A stretch of 64,000 bases of DNA, counting the filler, from Diploschistes diacapsis (lineage: Eukaryota), in the NCBI GenBank assembly GCA_023645945.1. It is 8 parts of 8 records of this genome, joined end to end, with 100 filler letters (N's around TTAATTAATTAA, not from the genome) between each part and the next. Parts side by side here need not be neighbours in the genome. Positions count along the whole stretch, not along the records: positions 1 to 27,873 come from JALAIB010000158.1; 7 more parts are not named here. One strand, given 5' to 3'. Positions 1-14,025 of the stretch are shown one piece after another. Position 1 is the first letter of the stretch; the number at the start of each line of letters is the position of its first letter. A program made the position numbers and the translations under genes. The notes under the pieces are model-generated. The model was not told where the DNA came from and made no database searches. It was given only the letters and a program-made list of their open reading frames with translations.

Positions 1-647
1 GGGATGGAGATGGGGGGATAGTGAAGGATTATGTCATGCCAGACTTTACGAATCGGATGGTGGGCGAGGTGAAGGGGCACGATCCGAGGGATAGGAAGCA
101 GATGGCGGCGTTTAATCATGTCAAGAGGGACGATGGGACTACGGAGGCGGTGCTGGCGCTGGGGAACGAGAGGTTCACGCCGCCGGAGTTGCTGTTTCGA
201 CCGGAGAACGTGGGCATGAGACAGGCGGGCGTGGCTGAAATGGTGATGCAGAGTCTGGTGAAGGTGCCGACGGGGTTGTGGGGGATTATGTTAGGGAATG
301 TGTGGGTTGTGGGGGGGAATGCTAAGCTCCCTGGCTTTGAGGAGAGGCTGTGAGTTATTATTGCTGTGGAGTTTGCGAGGAAATCGGTGGCTGATGCGGT
401 GCAGATACAACGAAATACGAGAATTGGCGCCTGTAGAGTGCACGGTGAGGGTCAAGGTAGCCCCTGAGTAAGCGTCAATGCTGACAGGAACGGTAATTGC
501 TGGCTAAAGGCGTCTAGTCCGATCAAAGCGACCTGGTTAGGAGGTGCCAGACTAGCCTCGAATCCTACATTGCTGAAGGAAACAATGGTCACTAAGCAAG
601 AGTATCAAGAGTACGGTGGCTCGTGGCTATTGAGGAAATTTGCCTGA
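1..647 (+). CDS. ARP6: Actin-related protein 6 (SWR1 complex), 3' part, 5'-truncated
   Basis: KDYVMPDF...LGNERFTPPELLFRPENVGMRQAGVAE...GGNAKLPGFEERL, then two short introns and PIKATWLGGARLA...VTKQEYQEYG; stop at 645-647. Confidence 0.8.
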
Positions 648-1917
648 AATGTAAGGGTTCGCTCCTGAGCTGATAACTACAAGGGATTACCTCAAAAGAG
701 AAAGCTAGGCCACCAGCGCCGATGATGTCTAAGAGATGAACGCCATCTTCGAGGATTATGTGATGGCTATTCCAGTCCCAACCGAGATGTCACCTAGACT
801 TGAGGTATCCAACGGACGGAGAGCTTGTGCCAAGGAGGTGACTCGAATCATAGTCAACCTGCTGTATGTGGCACTCGGCCAACCAATTACACTCTAATGT
901 CAAAGATACTGGGAGGGAGACGATAGAGGGCAGTATGCAGGAGAACTCAGGAGTTCTCAGATATCCTGCTTCAGGTATACTTACCGCCATGCGGACCAGA
1001 TACAAAATTAGCCAAAAATATCTCCACGGGTTATCCCTTTGCTTCCGTCACAACCATCGCTACGGGCATCCCTTCGATGTGACTGCTCTAAGAATGGGTG
1101 AAACCGACCGTCTTCGCGTATTCCCACGAATGGTGAAATCTAGTAACTCAGTGGCTTTCGGGGACAATGGTTCCTCCACCATTCGTGCAGGATGTGCCGT
1201 TTTGATCGACCCAAAACAGTTTCTGGTAGTACATGTAGCTGTTCTCCTCGGCATACTTACCGTCCAGAGGGGGAAAACGGAACCTTCCGCAGTCCACGGT
1301 CCTGTGATGGCTGGCGTGGTAGCGATCTGGATCTCGTTGCCCGTGCTGAAACGAAGCTTTAATTCAGATGATTCTTTCCCGTGTCTGCGAAGTACCTGCT
1401 TCAGTTGAACTCGAGATTGCCAGGCACACTACTGTATATTAATTGGACAGGCTGGAGCTAGCTAACTTACTCTACACAACTGTACTCTACCAAGTTACCT
1501 TGTAGGTATGAATGTACCCCGGTCGGAGCTTTTCAAACCCCATTGATCAATAATCATCAACAATGTATTGACGAGTGCTCGGTCGCAAATTCCACCGATG
1601 AAAGATTAAACCTCCGATGAAAGATTATAAAGCCGGAGATCTGGGATTAGGTTATGGAGTCGGTCTATCTATTCAACCGAATTCGTCGTCGTACGTGGTA
1701 GAAGGGATCACCGTATTCTCAATTCAGGTAGGGGCCCAAGGAATGTTCTGGTGCTGACAGTAGGAATGAGTTGCCACTTCCCGCACGGGATCAATATAAA
1801 AGGATAGATGCACCCTGTGCAGATTGACCGTTTCTACTTCAATCTCACTCAACTCACTGTGAAATCCGTGTTTTAATTCGAAGGAATACCAGTCTTGCAG
1901 CTCCAAAGCGCTCCAAC

Positions 1918-2703
1918 ATGTCTCAGAACAAATTCGCGAAACTCCACAACGCCCGCGTCGTCGTCATTGGCGGCACCTCCGGCATCGGTTTCGCCGTCGC
2001 CGAAGGCTCCGTCGAGTTCGGCGCCAGCGTCGTTATCGCCGGTTCGAACCAAGAGCGTCTCGACAACGCACTCGACCGCCTCCGCAAGGCCTACCCGGAT
2101 GCCGCATCCCGCATCTCCGGCAAGACCTGCGACATCTCGGATGCCAAGACCATGGAAGAGAACCTGCACGCTCTGTTCAAATTCGCAACGCAAGACTCGA
2201 AGAAGGTCGACCACATCGTCAACACTTCCGGCGGCCTGGGCCCCCGAGTGGCCCTCGCCGACGCGCATGCGACAGACGTCTTGGAGCCAGGCACGCTGCG
2301 CTACGTGGGTAGCATGATGATCGGCAAGATCGCGCCTGCGTACATGGAGGCTGGGCCGAGGAGCTCCATAACGTTTACGATCGGAACGCTGTCACAGAAG
2401 CCTATGAAGGGTATGAGCAGTTCGGTTGGCATCGGCGGTGCTGTCGAGGGGCTCACGCGTGCCCTGGCTGTTGATCTCGCGCCCTTGCGGGTGAACATCG
2501 TCAGTCCAGGGGCTATCAGGACGGAGCTGCTGTTGAAGATGGTCGCTGGAAATGAGGAGTTCCTGCAGTCGTTTGCCAAGGGCACTCTCCTGAACTTTGT
2601 TGCTGAACCTGAGGACACGGCGGAAGCGTATTTGTATTTGATGAGAGATCGCTTCATGACTGGACAGAGAATCGACACGGACGGAGGGAGGATGCTCGTC
2701 TGA
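1918..2703 (+). CDS. Short-chain dehydrogenase/reductase, intronless
   Basis: IGGTSGIG Rossmann motif, RALAVDLAPLRVNIVSPG, C-terminal TGQRIDTDGG. Confidence 0.9.
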   Translation: MSQNKFAKLHNARVVVIGGTSGIGFAVAEGSVEFGASVVIAGSNQERLDNALDRLRKAYPDAASRISGKTCDISDAKTMEENLHALFKFATQDSKKVDHIVNTSGGLGPRVALADAHATDVLEPGTLRYVGSMMIGKIAPAYMEAGPRSSITFTIGTLSQKPMKGMSSSVGIGGAVEGLTRALAVDLAPLRVNIVSPGAIRTELLLKMVAGNEEFLQSFAKGTLLNFVAEPEDTAEAYLYLMRDRFMTGQRIDTDGGRMLV

Positions 2704-2927
2704 TAGGTCTTGCTTTAATCTAGAAAGCCAGATCCTAGCATATTTTGAAGAGGAAAATGCATTCATTTAAGCCCGACACCTTTGGATTTCTGTAGCGCTC
2801 CACGTAATAAATAGATTCAAACTTTGATGCAACCTTGAAACCTGCCTGGATTTTTCAGGCCTCCAGGAGACTTGACTCTACTCCAAATCCTAGACAAGCA
2901 CATTTCCGATATATGTGCCCTAAGCCC

Positions 2928-3715
2928 TTACACCCAAGCCTCCCTATTCTTCTCCGCGAACTCCCTAAACGCGATCGGGCGGCTTTCCCGTAACCTTGAG
3001 CACCGTATCATTCAGCCGATCCTCCTTCCCCGCTCTTAATCCACCCACTATCCAATCCAGCCAAAAACTTCGCTGCGCCCTCCGGGAGTTCCCTGCTAGC
3101 AAGCCACTCCTCGAGCCCCTCCCCCGAGGGCCGAATGTACGTGATGTCGTGGCCCAGCACTTCTGTCAGAAACATTGGCCAGCTGTGCTGCATCAGGCCC
3201 CAACGTCCTCATCGCGGTTCGAGAGGAAGTAGTTCTGCGGTTGAAAGGGGCTACTTGCATCCTAATAGCCCATCAATCACGAGATGCAAGGAATTCGACG
3301 CGCACATGAACCACGTCGGCCTTATAACAGCCCACTATACGCTCGACCCCTTCAGGTAAGCATACACCTGCCTGTAGCGCGGCTTTCCTTCCTGGACACG
3401 GCTGGCGCTCAGAAAGACGAAGCGCTTCACGCCCTGCGCCTTAGCATAATCCATGAAAGCCTTGAGCGGGTGGATCAGGTCCGCGACCTGGGGGTGGGAT
3501 GAGGCAGACGGCTTTGATGGGCTGTTTCCGGGCCTCGGGAGAGGAAAAGGGGAGAGGGTAGGTGGACTTCGTCAGCGACGTCGAAGCGGACCGCTGGGTG
3601 AGACGTGGCTTTCCCGGAACGGGAAGCGACGAGGGACGGGGTGGCCTTGGCTATGGAGGATGGACGCGTGGTGGGAGAAGGTTTTGCCTAGGGAGCCGGT
3701 GATGAGGGTCGTCAT
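2928..3715 (-). pseudogene. Frameshifted NmrA-like / EasG-like atypical SDR pseudogene
   Basis: MTTLITGSLGKT...HPV/LVASRSGKA and ...EVLGHDITY...KEDRLNDTVLKVTGKP/PIAFREFAEKNREAWV* can only be joined through frameshifts; no intact ORF. Confidence 0.6.
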
Positions 3716-5174
3716 TTCTAGGAGGAGGCGAAGATGAGCTTGCTCTGGATGGACGTTTTAGTTTTTAGATCAATGTGTGTAATAAATCAGCTTGTGATGA
3801 TTTTTTCACGTCAGTATATGCTTCTAAAGGGCAATCGGAAGCAGTTGTATGCACGATTTTCACGGGCGGTGAGGGAGACCTGCTCGGTTGTTGACTGTTC
3901 CCTGCATAGCTTAACCGTCGCAACAAGTAGCCAATTGGATCAGCTCTTTGTAAAGTACGACTATGCCCATTTCGGCATTATCCACATCTGTATACTCACT
4001 AGAAAACCCCTAAGAGGTAATTAATTGCTTAATTGAGACTCAGGCGTCTTAGCAAATCTGACAGCGCATCGGACATATTGAGGTATCGGATACGCAGAGA
4101 TTGCGATTGGGGATTTGTTAGTATAGCAGTTCAGAATAAGCTCGACTAAGAAAAGAACTAGGTAACTCTGTGAGAAAAAACGGCCTGCTGCTACAGAGGC
4201 AAATCAAGTCTAAACGTATCATCACGCTAAAACCAGAAGAGTGCCCATAGCTTTGAAGATACCTGGAAGGCCTATTCCAAAAGCGGTACTTCCATGAACT
4301 ATACCCGCTCGACCAAGTGCCCTTAAGAGCAAATCAAGAAAAAAAATGACTTATGATACTTCATCGTACCTCCGTGACAGAGCAACATTCAGGACGAGGT
4401 TATCCAAAATGGTGACCACCATGCCGTTTCTTATATCGTCCTTTCACTAAGAAACACTATAGACTATGCTCTGCAACAAATGCGACTTTCAGAGCCTGGT
4501 TTCTGACGACAACGTGGAGACCGATTATTCGCAAGTTTTTGAGCGCCTAAGCAGACCATTTCAGCAGGTGCCCAGGCTGCTGAATTTTAGAAAATATTGA
4601 CTCCGTATGTCTCATCAATGCACATGGTTGGGTGAGGTTCAAATGTTCCGAATGTGGAGTGGACACTTATGCTTCAAAGGAATTTCGCAGCAGACCTACC
4701 GCTGCCAGGCACCTTTGAGCCACCGACAGAAGCAAAAGCTTTCGCCTCAGCCATTGTGACGTTGAGCAAAAGCTTCGAAGGAATGATAAGCGATAGAGAA
4801 ATGCTCTTCCAGGCTATGAGTATCAAAGTTATGCGTCAATACAAGCGAGAATAACAAGGCCCTAGGGACGTTATGAGATAATAGTCCGCCAGGTTTTAGG
4901 AAAGCCAGGTAATCCGTGGCGAATTCGCTCCCACAAGGATTTCGGAACTGGGACGCTTGGGAACACCGTCGTGCCCGAGCAACCAAGATTCGAGAGATCC
5001 TAAGCAGACGCTTGAGAACATTACCCAACCATGCCTATACTGTACAATGCTTCCGAGGCCCCAGAATGTATGTCGATGAGGGAACTGAGCTGGATGTATC
5101 CTGGCTTGGCCGATACTGATGCGTTCATGTGGCAGAAGGTCTAGGTGCAGACTAGGTTCGGGCAGCTTGGATGA

Positions 5175-5845
5175 TCAAAGCTTGATGTCAAAACTTGTGC
5201 CACACCCACAGCTGCTGGTTGCTGCAGGGTTTCCAACAATCTTAAATTGGCTCCCAATCAACTCCATCGTGTAGTCAACCGTGCTTCCCTTCAGGAGCTC
5301 CAAGCTCGGCTCGTCCATAACAATTCTTGCCTTTGAGCCGTCATCTGTCTCGAAGACCGTGTCATCCTCACTAGAGACCTCGTTCGATGAAGTAAGTGAC
5401 ATAATATATTGGAAGCCATGGCAGCCACCGGACTGGACAGTAACTCGTAATGCCAAGCTGGGATTGGAGTCTTTCGCCATTATCTCGTTCAGGCGCTAAA
5501 GATTCAGTAACAATCTTCTTGTCCGAGATTGGGAAAACATACCTTTGCAGCTCTTGAGGATATGTCCACTACCATGTCGTTGCCTTCATCGTCCTTCCGT
5601 GGATTTGCCGCGACATGCACTGCCGAGCGCGCAGTTGTAGTTGAGAAACTATTCGTTGGTGAGGTGATGGATAGAGCAGAAACAGTTGCCGCCGGAGATT
5701 TGTTACGATCCAAACATCGTTGACTTGACAATGCTTGGAGCGATTGAGAAAGGCTCCCTTTACAACCTACTGTACTTAGCTGCCTCTGTAAGTGAAGGCC
5801 TGGTATGCTTAAACGCCCATGTTGCAGTCGAGTAAGAGCCTTCAT
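5175..5845 (-). CDS. ISA2: Mitochondrial iron-sulfur cluster assembly A-type protein, 2 exons
   Basis: [15 protein letters not shown] and SSCGCGTSF motifs, basic hydroxylated N-terminal presequence, one intron near 5496-5542. Confidence 0.9.
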
Positions 5846-6081
5846 TTTCCCTACAAAGTATCGCAGTTTGGACAGGGAGATAGAGACGCAATTTACTGCC
5901 AGTTTGCCAATAGCTGCAAATATGTCATCCCCGCAGTATTCAAAGCGCTTACAAATATCTTACCTAACTCTTACGTAACTTCAAGTTGACTTTTAGGTCC
6001 CTTTGACATCTAAAACAGCTTCTACTGCACATCGCAGAGATCTTCAGAAAGCCAAAGCGCTGTTGAGATCTGTACCTTAAA

Positions 6082-7787
6082 ATGAATGGAACAGTTACCT
6101 CCAACCATGAAGCAGCGGAGCGGCTTGACAACGATGATCCTCTCAAGGATTTTCGCAAGGAATTCATTATCCCAACCAAAGGCGACCTCAAGTCGAAGAC
6201 CTTGAAAAGGTCAAGTTAGTGACTTCTCTCGACACTGTCATGGACTGTTCAGTAATTCCGATCAGCGCAAGTGCCCGAACACGAACTTCAACCCTGTATT
6301 TATCTATGTGGCAATTCTTTGGGCCTTCAGCCGCGACGAACTTCTGATCGTATCAACGAGCACCTACAAGGGTGGGCAACGAAGGGCGTGTTTGGCCACT
6401 TCTTTGAGCACGAAGGGACCACCCTGCCCCCGTGGCTGCATATTGATGACGCGGCCGCTGAGAAGATAGCACCATTAGTTGGGGCTTCAATGAGCGAAGT
6501 TGCCATTATGGAGACACTGACTGCTAACCTGCATCTCTTGATGGCGAGTTTCTACAAGCCTACGAAGGAAAAGTTTAAGATCATTCTTGAGGGAAAGGCA
6601 TTTCCGTCTGACCATGTAGGTAGATTACCATTGTTCTTATTTGCTATCCTTTTTGTTCAAGACATGGAAAGTCATAAGAACTGATATCCGGCTGGGAAGT
6701 ACTTTTTCTGCTTGAAAGTCACCCCTTTCTCTAACGGGCATAATGGGTTTTGGCACTCGATATAAAAATACCTACTCAGGATAAAGAACATGCTCAGCCG
6801 CAGGGCTAACGGTAACATAGTATGCTGTATATTCCCAAATTTCACTCCATGGCTTCATTCCTGAAGACGCGATGGTTTTTATCGATCCGATAAGCCCGTA
6901 TTCAGTCATTACTACGAACCAGATTCTCTCTATTATCGACCAGCATGCGCCAAGCACTGCTCTGATCCTTCTTCCAGGCATCCAATATTATACCGGGCAA
7001 CTTTTGGATATCAAGACTGTTACTGCATACGCTCACTCAAAAAACCTGATAATTGGTTGGGATCTCGCGCATGCAATAGGGAATGTTGAACTAAGCCTCC
7101 ATGAATGGGGTGCGGATTTCGCAGCTTGGTGCACTTACAAATATGTAAACTCTGGTCCTGGCTCGATAGCTGGCCTCTTCGTGCACGAAAAGCATGGTAG
7201 GGTAGAGGCTACGACTGATAATTCAGGGGTCCAACCCTATCGGCCTCGCCTGAGCGGTTGGTGGGGTGGAGAAAAGGCAGTACGATTCAACATGGAGCCC
7301 GGTAGGATTCGTTGCCTGTCAAACCTCTAAGTGAAGCTAATCTGTTGTAGTATTTGTTCCAAGAGCTGGTGCTGCAGGCTTTCAAGTTGGAAATCCTTCA
7401 GCTCTCGCAATAACCGGTCTTTTGGCTTCCCTCGAGATCTTTGCGGAGACCTCAATGCATGATATTCGACAGAAGTCTATAAAGATTACCGGTTTCCTCG
7501 AGAAGCTACTTTTAGAAGAACGCGATGGCAAGGACACCCAGCCTTACCGTATCATTACACCCTCGAATGCAAGCGAAAGAGGTGCGCAATTGAGCATCCA
7601 GCTAGATCCTGGATTACTCGATCCCGTGCTGAAGCTCCTGGAAGAAGCTGGAATAGTGGTAGATGAGAGGAAACCTGACGTGATAAGAGTGGCACCTGTG
7701 CCATTGTATAATAGTTACGTGGATGTGTTCGACTTCGTGGAAATATTTAGAGATGCTTGTCAGAAAGTTAGATGCAAAGGGGCATAG
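6082..7787 (+). CDS. BNA5: Kynureninase (PLP-dependent), multi-exon
   Basis: [74 protein letters not shown]. Confidence 0.95.
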
Positions 7788-8009
7788 CATCAGAATGTCT
7801 TAGGAAGGTTATATCTAGTAGTTACACATTACATAGTATATGCGTATATATCCACGAAAGAAACGTTTGAGGATCAATTCGTCATTTATTACACAAACCT
7901 TCATCTGGCACATGCTCCTCTCCCAAACCACCAAAAATTGACATTTAGCGCACATTGTGATCTTAAGAGTCCATTGTTAGTTTAACAGTGCATGTAGATC
8001 CCGAAGGTA

Positions 8010-10063
8010 ATGACGGCCATGAACGATTTTCTGCGAGAGTGGAACTCAGCCACGGATTCGACTCATCAAAAATTACTTACTGGCCTAGACTTTCGTCAGC
8101 CTGCCAGAGTAACACCAAGCAGCGTAGAGGGTACAGCTAGCAACACGAGGAGGATCCTCGTCATTGCTGGATCAGACAGTTCTGGAGGAGCGTACGGTTT
8201 GGACGACATCTGGGATGTTCTGAAGACAAGCTGAGGTGTCTCAAGGGGTCTGGAGGCTGATCAGAAAGTTATTGCAGCTCATGGCTGCTATTCTATGACT
8301 GCAACTACTGCTCTGACAGCCCAAAATACTAAAGGCGTGTTCGATATCCACCATACGCCACCTTCGTTCGTAGCCCGTCAAATCGATCTATGTATCGACG
8401 ATATCGGTGTGGATGTCGTCAAAATAGGTATTTTATGATCCCGAAGGAGACAATGCGCTTAACATGTCGTTCTACAGGCATGTTGGCTTCGGCTGAAACC
8501 GTCAAAATAGTAGCAAGGACTCTTCGCGAGCGACGGGAGTCATTCGACTTGGTTTTGGACCCCGTATGGAACCAGTGCTCTGCAGTGGTGGTCTTCAGCT
8601 TACGCTCTAGGTGATGATGTCAACCTCAGGAGCACAGCTGCTGCCCCAAGATGCCGTTTCTCTACTGCGCGAGCTCCTACTACCTATTGCGACAGTTGCC
8701 ACTCCGAATATTCCAGAAGCAAAACTGCTTTTGGGGGCTAATGATCAGCCCGATCCCGAAACACAAGAACAGATGATTGAACTCGCAAAGGATCTCCATA
8801 AGCTCGGATCTAAGTATGTCTTAGTCAAAGGAGGCCACTTTTCGGCCAAGGTTCAGGACAACAACAAGCCGGGAAGTCAGGTTGTAGACATCTTATATGA
8901 CGGGAACCAGGCCTTGCTTATCGAGAAATCATTTCTAGACTCCAAGAACACTCATGGAACAGGTTGCTCTCTGGCTTGTAATCATATCTCCATTTGCGAG
9001 AGAATTGAGCTAAGTTCAACAGCGGCCATCGCATCCAATTTGGCATTAGGACACGATGTACAAGAAGCGGTCTATCGAGCTTGCTGCTTCGTTGAGGCAG
9101 GTATTAAGTTCTCGGTAGACCGCGGGCAGGGACCTGGGCCGATCAATCACTTCCATTCAACGTATATGCTCCCTTTCGCTCCGTATGTTCGTTGGACCGA
9201 GTGATGAACAATACTGATCCGGTAAGGGGACGATTCGTCGAATACCTCTTACGTCAAGTCAATGGAAAGCCAACGGGATTAAACAACGGTGCCTTTCTGG
9301 AGCGTCTAGGAAAGGGACTCCTAGAGACCGAAAAGTTCCAAATCTTTCTTACCAAGTACCAGATCATGCTCGTGGGGTAACTTGGAACGCTTTGAGACGC
9401 CACTAATGTGTCTGCAGAACTTCTTAGGGGAGACGGAAGCATTGGCATTGACGAAATCCAGGACGCTGGAAGAATTCGATGCGGTTAGTACCCTGTGGTT
9501 CCACAAACCAGTAATTTTGACAAAGTCAGAGTCGCCAGATGTCAATGCAAATTGAGAAATCGACCTGCGCTCAAGACGTAAACATCCAACATTTTGATAT
9601 AACGCAGAACATGAGGGACAGATACAAGGGGCAGACGAGTAAGCGCCTAATTTCATCTCTCGATGTCACTGACTTCATCAGACTCTTTGCCATACTTTCA
9701 TTATGTCGAGGAGATTCGAAAGAGAGAAGACTGGGTCGGGGTGCAAGTAGCAGCACTTCCATGGCTAATTGGATCAAGCTTGGCCGCTGACTATCTTCGC
9801 AACAATCTCTCTGACGGAGCAGCTCTTGAAAACCCGTATCGCCCATGGGTCGCAGAAGTTGTTTCATACAACAATATTCAACTAATAAGAAGTAAATAAT
9901 GAGAGAATGAACTTGATATTGGAGAACACGCTGATCGTACACAGACACCATAGAAAACTCTGCACTTAGAGAGAGTGCAGCACGTATTGAACAGTTAGTC
10001 CAGATATTCAAGGACGCATGGCCGAGATATTGCTCCTTTACGGATGAATTCTTGTATGATTGA
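8010..10063 (+). CDS. THI20: Hydroxymethylpyrimidine/phosphomethylpyrimidine kinase with degenerate C-terminal TenA-like domain, multi-exon
   Basis: RILVIAGSDSSGGA, TTALTAQNT, TPNIPEA, VKGGH, NTHGTGCSLA, GPGPINHFH; C-terminal DWVGVQVAALPWLIG and NPYRPWV; the 3' exon structure is approximate. Confidence 0.85.
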
Positions 10064-10481
10064 TAATGGACCCTGGTCTTGAGTAAACATTACCAATCTC
10101 AAACTGTCATGGCAGGCTCTTAAGGATGGTAGATACCCGTAATACGGAGTCATTATAGTTAGAAATGTGTAAACCTGCCATGGCTGGTGTGTTGACGGAC
10201 GTGATTTGTATTCGCAAGAGAATCGCCTAGTATTGCTAGACTTGGCAGGCCGAAAATGCAGACCTTGCTTGAAAGGGCCTAGCGTTGCTCCGGCTGTTGC
10301 CTTTTCAATTTTTTTTTCCACGAAATCCGTAACATCTTTTCATTACCGTGCGCCCTTCCCTCTTTCTCTTCCCAACGCTTACCTTCTTTTACTCTGCCAT
10401 TCTTCGATTTCTCGAGACCAATCTTGCGAAGAAATCAAATTTCATCGAAACGTTAAAGTGAGGCTTGTCAGGCTTACAAAA

Positions 10482-12983
<2,502 letters not shown>

Positions 12984-14025
12984 CTCGTTTCTCTCTGATA
13001 AGCTGACTGCACAGGCACTATCCATAGGTGAATGGAGGTAAGGACTCGTAGGTTTTCAGCATACCCCGATAGACCAAGTGCGAATAGTTCTTTTTCAGTT
13101 TTAGTGGGATTAGATTACACTATCTGGAGTGGAAAAACACGTGCATGCTGCTTAGGGCTGGCGTTTGGGGGGCATTGTCTACTAGACTGGAGTGCGAAAC
13201 TAGATTGCATGCAGCTTTTGTGGCATGTTGGCTCAAAGTTGAGAAGCAACACATTCATGATGCTACTGAATGGTCGGACTGAATGACCTTCTCTACATGG
13301 GAAGTGCATATTGATCACACCATCCATCCCTCATGCAAATGGTAGCGAGCAGCCATCCTGCAGATGCCATGCCTGAAGATCAGGCCGCATCCGTCCTCTG
13401 CGTATTTCTTGCCCAACTCTCCCTGGGAGACTCAACAAAGCAGAAGTACCTGCTAGGTTGTGCCTTTGTAAAGCGCTAGAAAATGTGTTGGTTTAATTGC
13501 AAACCAAGGCCAATAGCGACGTGTGACTTGAAGTATATTGAAGCGTACTAGAAGCGGGATTTTCACAATTGCAGTCTCGTAGAGCCTCCCGTTCTAAGGC
13601 TAGGTAGGGGCTAGTCAGGGTATTGAATAGCTGACCTCCAAAGAATGGGTGGGTCTAGTGTCTCGTCGAAAATTCACATTCATTTTTTGTGCGCAGAGAC
13701 AAAGACACGCAACAACAGAGCAAAAAACGGGAATGGAAATCAGAGACTTCATTCCACGACCAAGTGTAAAGGATGTCATGACCTTAAATCTCGTATTTTG
13801 TGTGAGGTTATATCTGTGGTAACCAGCATTGTGGTTCCTGTCCCTAAGATGCAAAAATAAGTGCTAAAGTGCCTCACGAGGCAGCTTGACAAAGTTCAAA
13901 ATTGACAAGCCCAGAGTTCAACTTTACCTCTCTTTAGCCCTGGCTCATCACTCAATCTTCCTATTCATTCCCCAGGGGCTTCATTCAAAGTGGAGGCATC
14001 CTGCACGACCGCCCGTCCGCCCGTC

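Noticed and set aside
790..1408. 180-aa ORF and overlapping ORFs downstream of ARP6
   Set aside because: No family motif or convincing coding signal
4345..5119. Fragmentary plus-strand ORFs that may be a degenerate gene
   Set aside because: No recognisable motif or coherent exon model
8010..10063. TPP riboswitch in the thiamine gene
   Set aside because: Introns are short and I see no TPP aptamer signature; known fungal TPP riboswitches lie in NMT1/THI4-type and transporter genes
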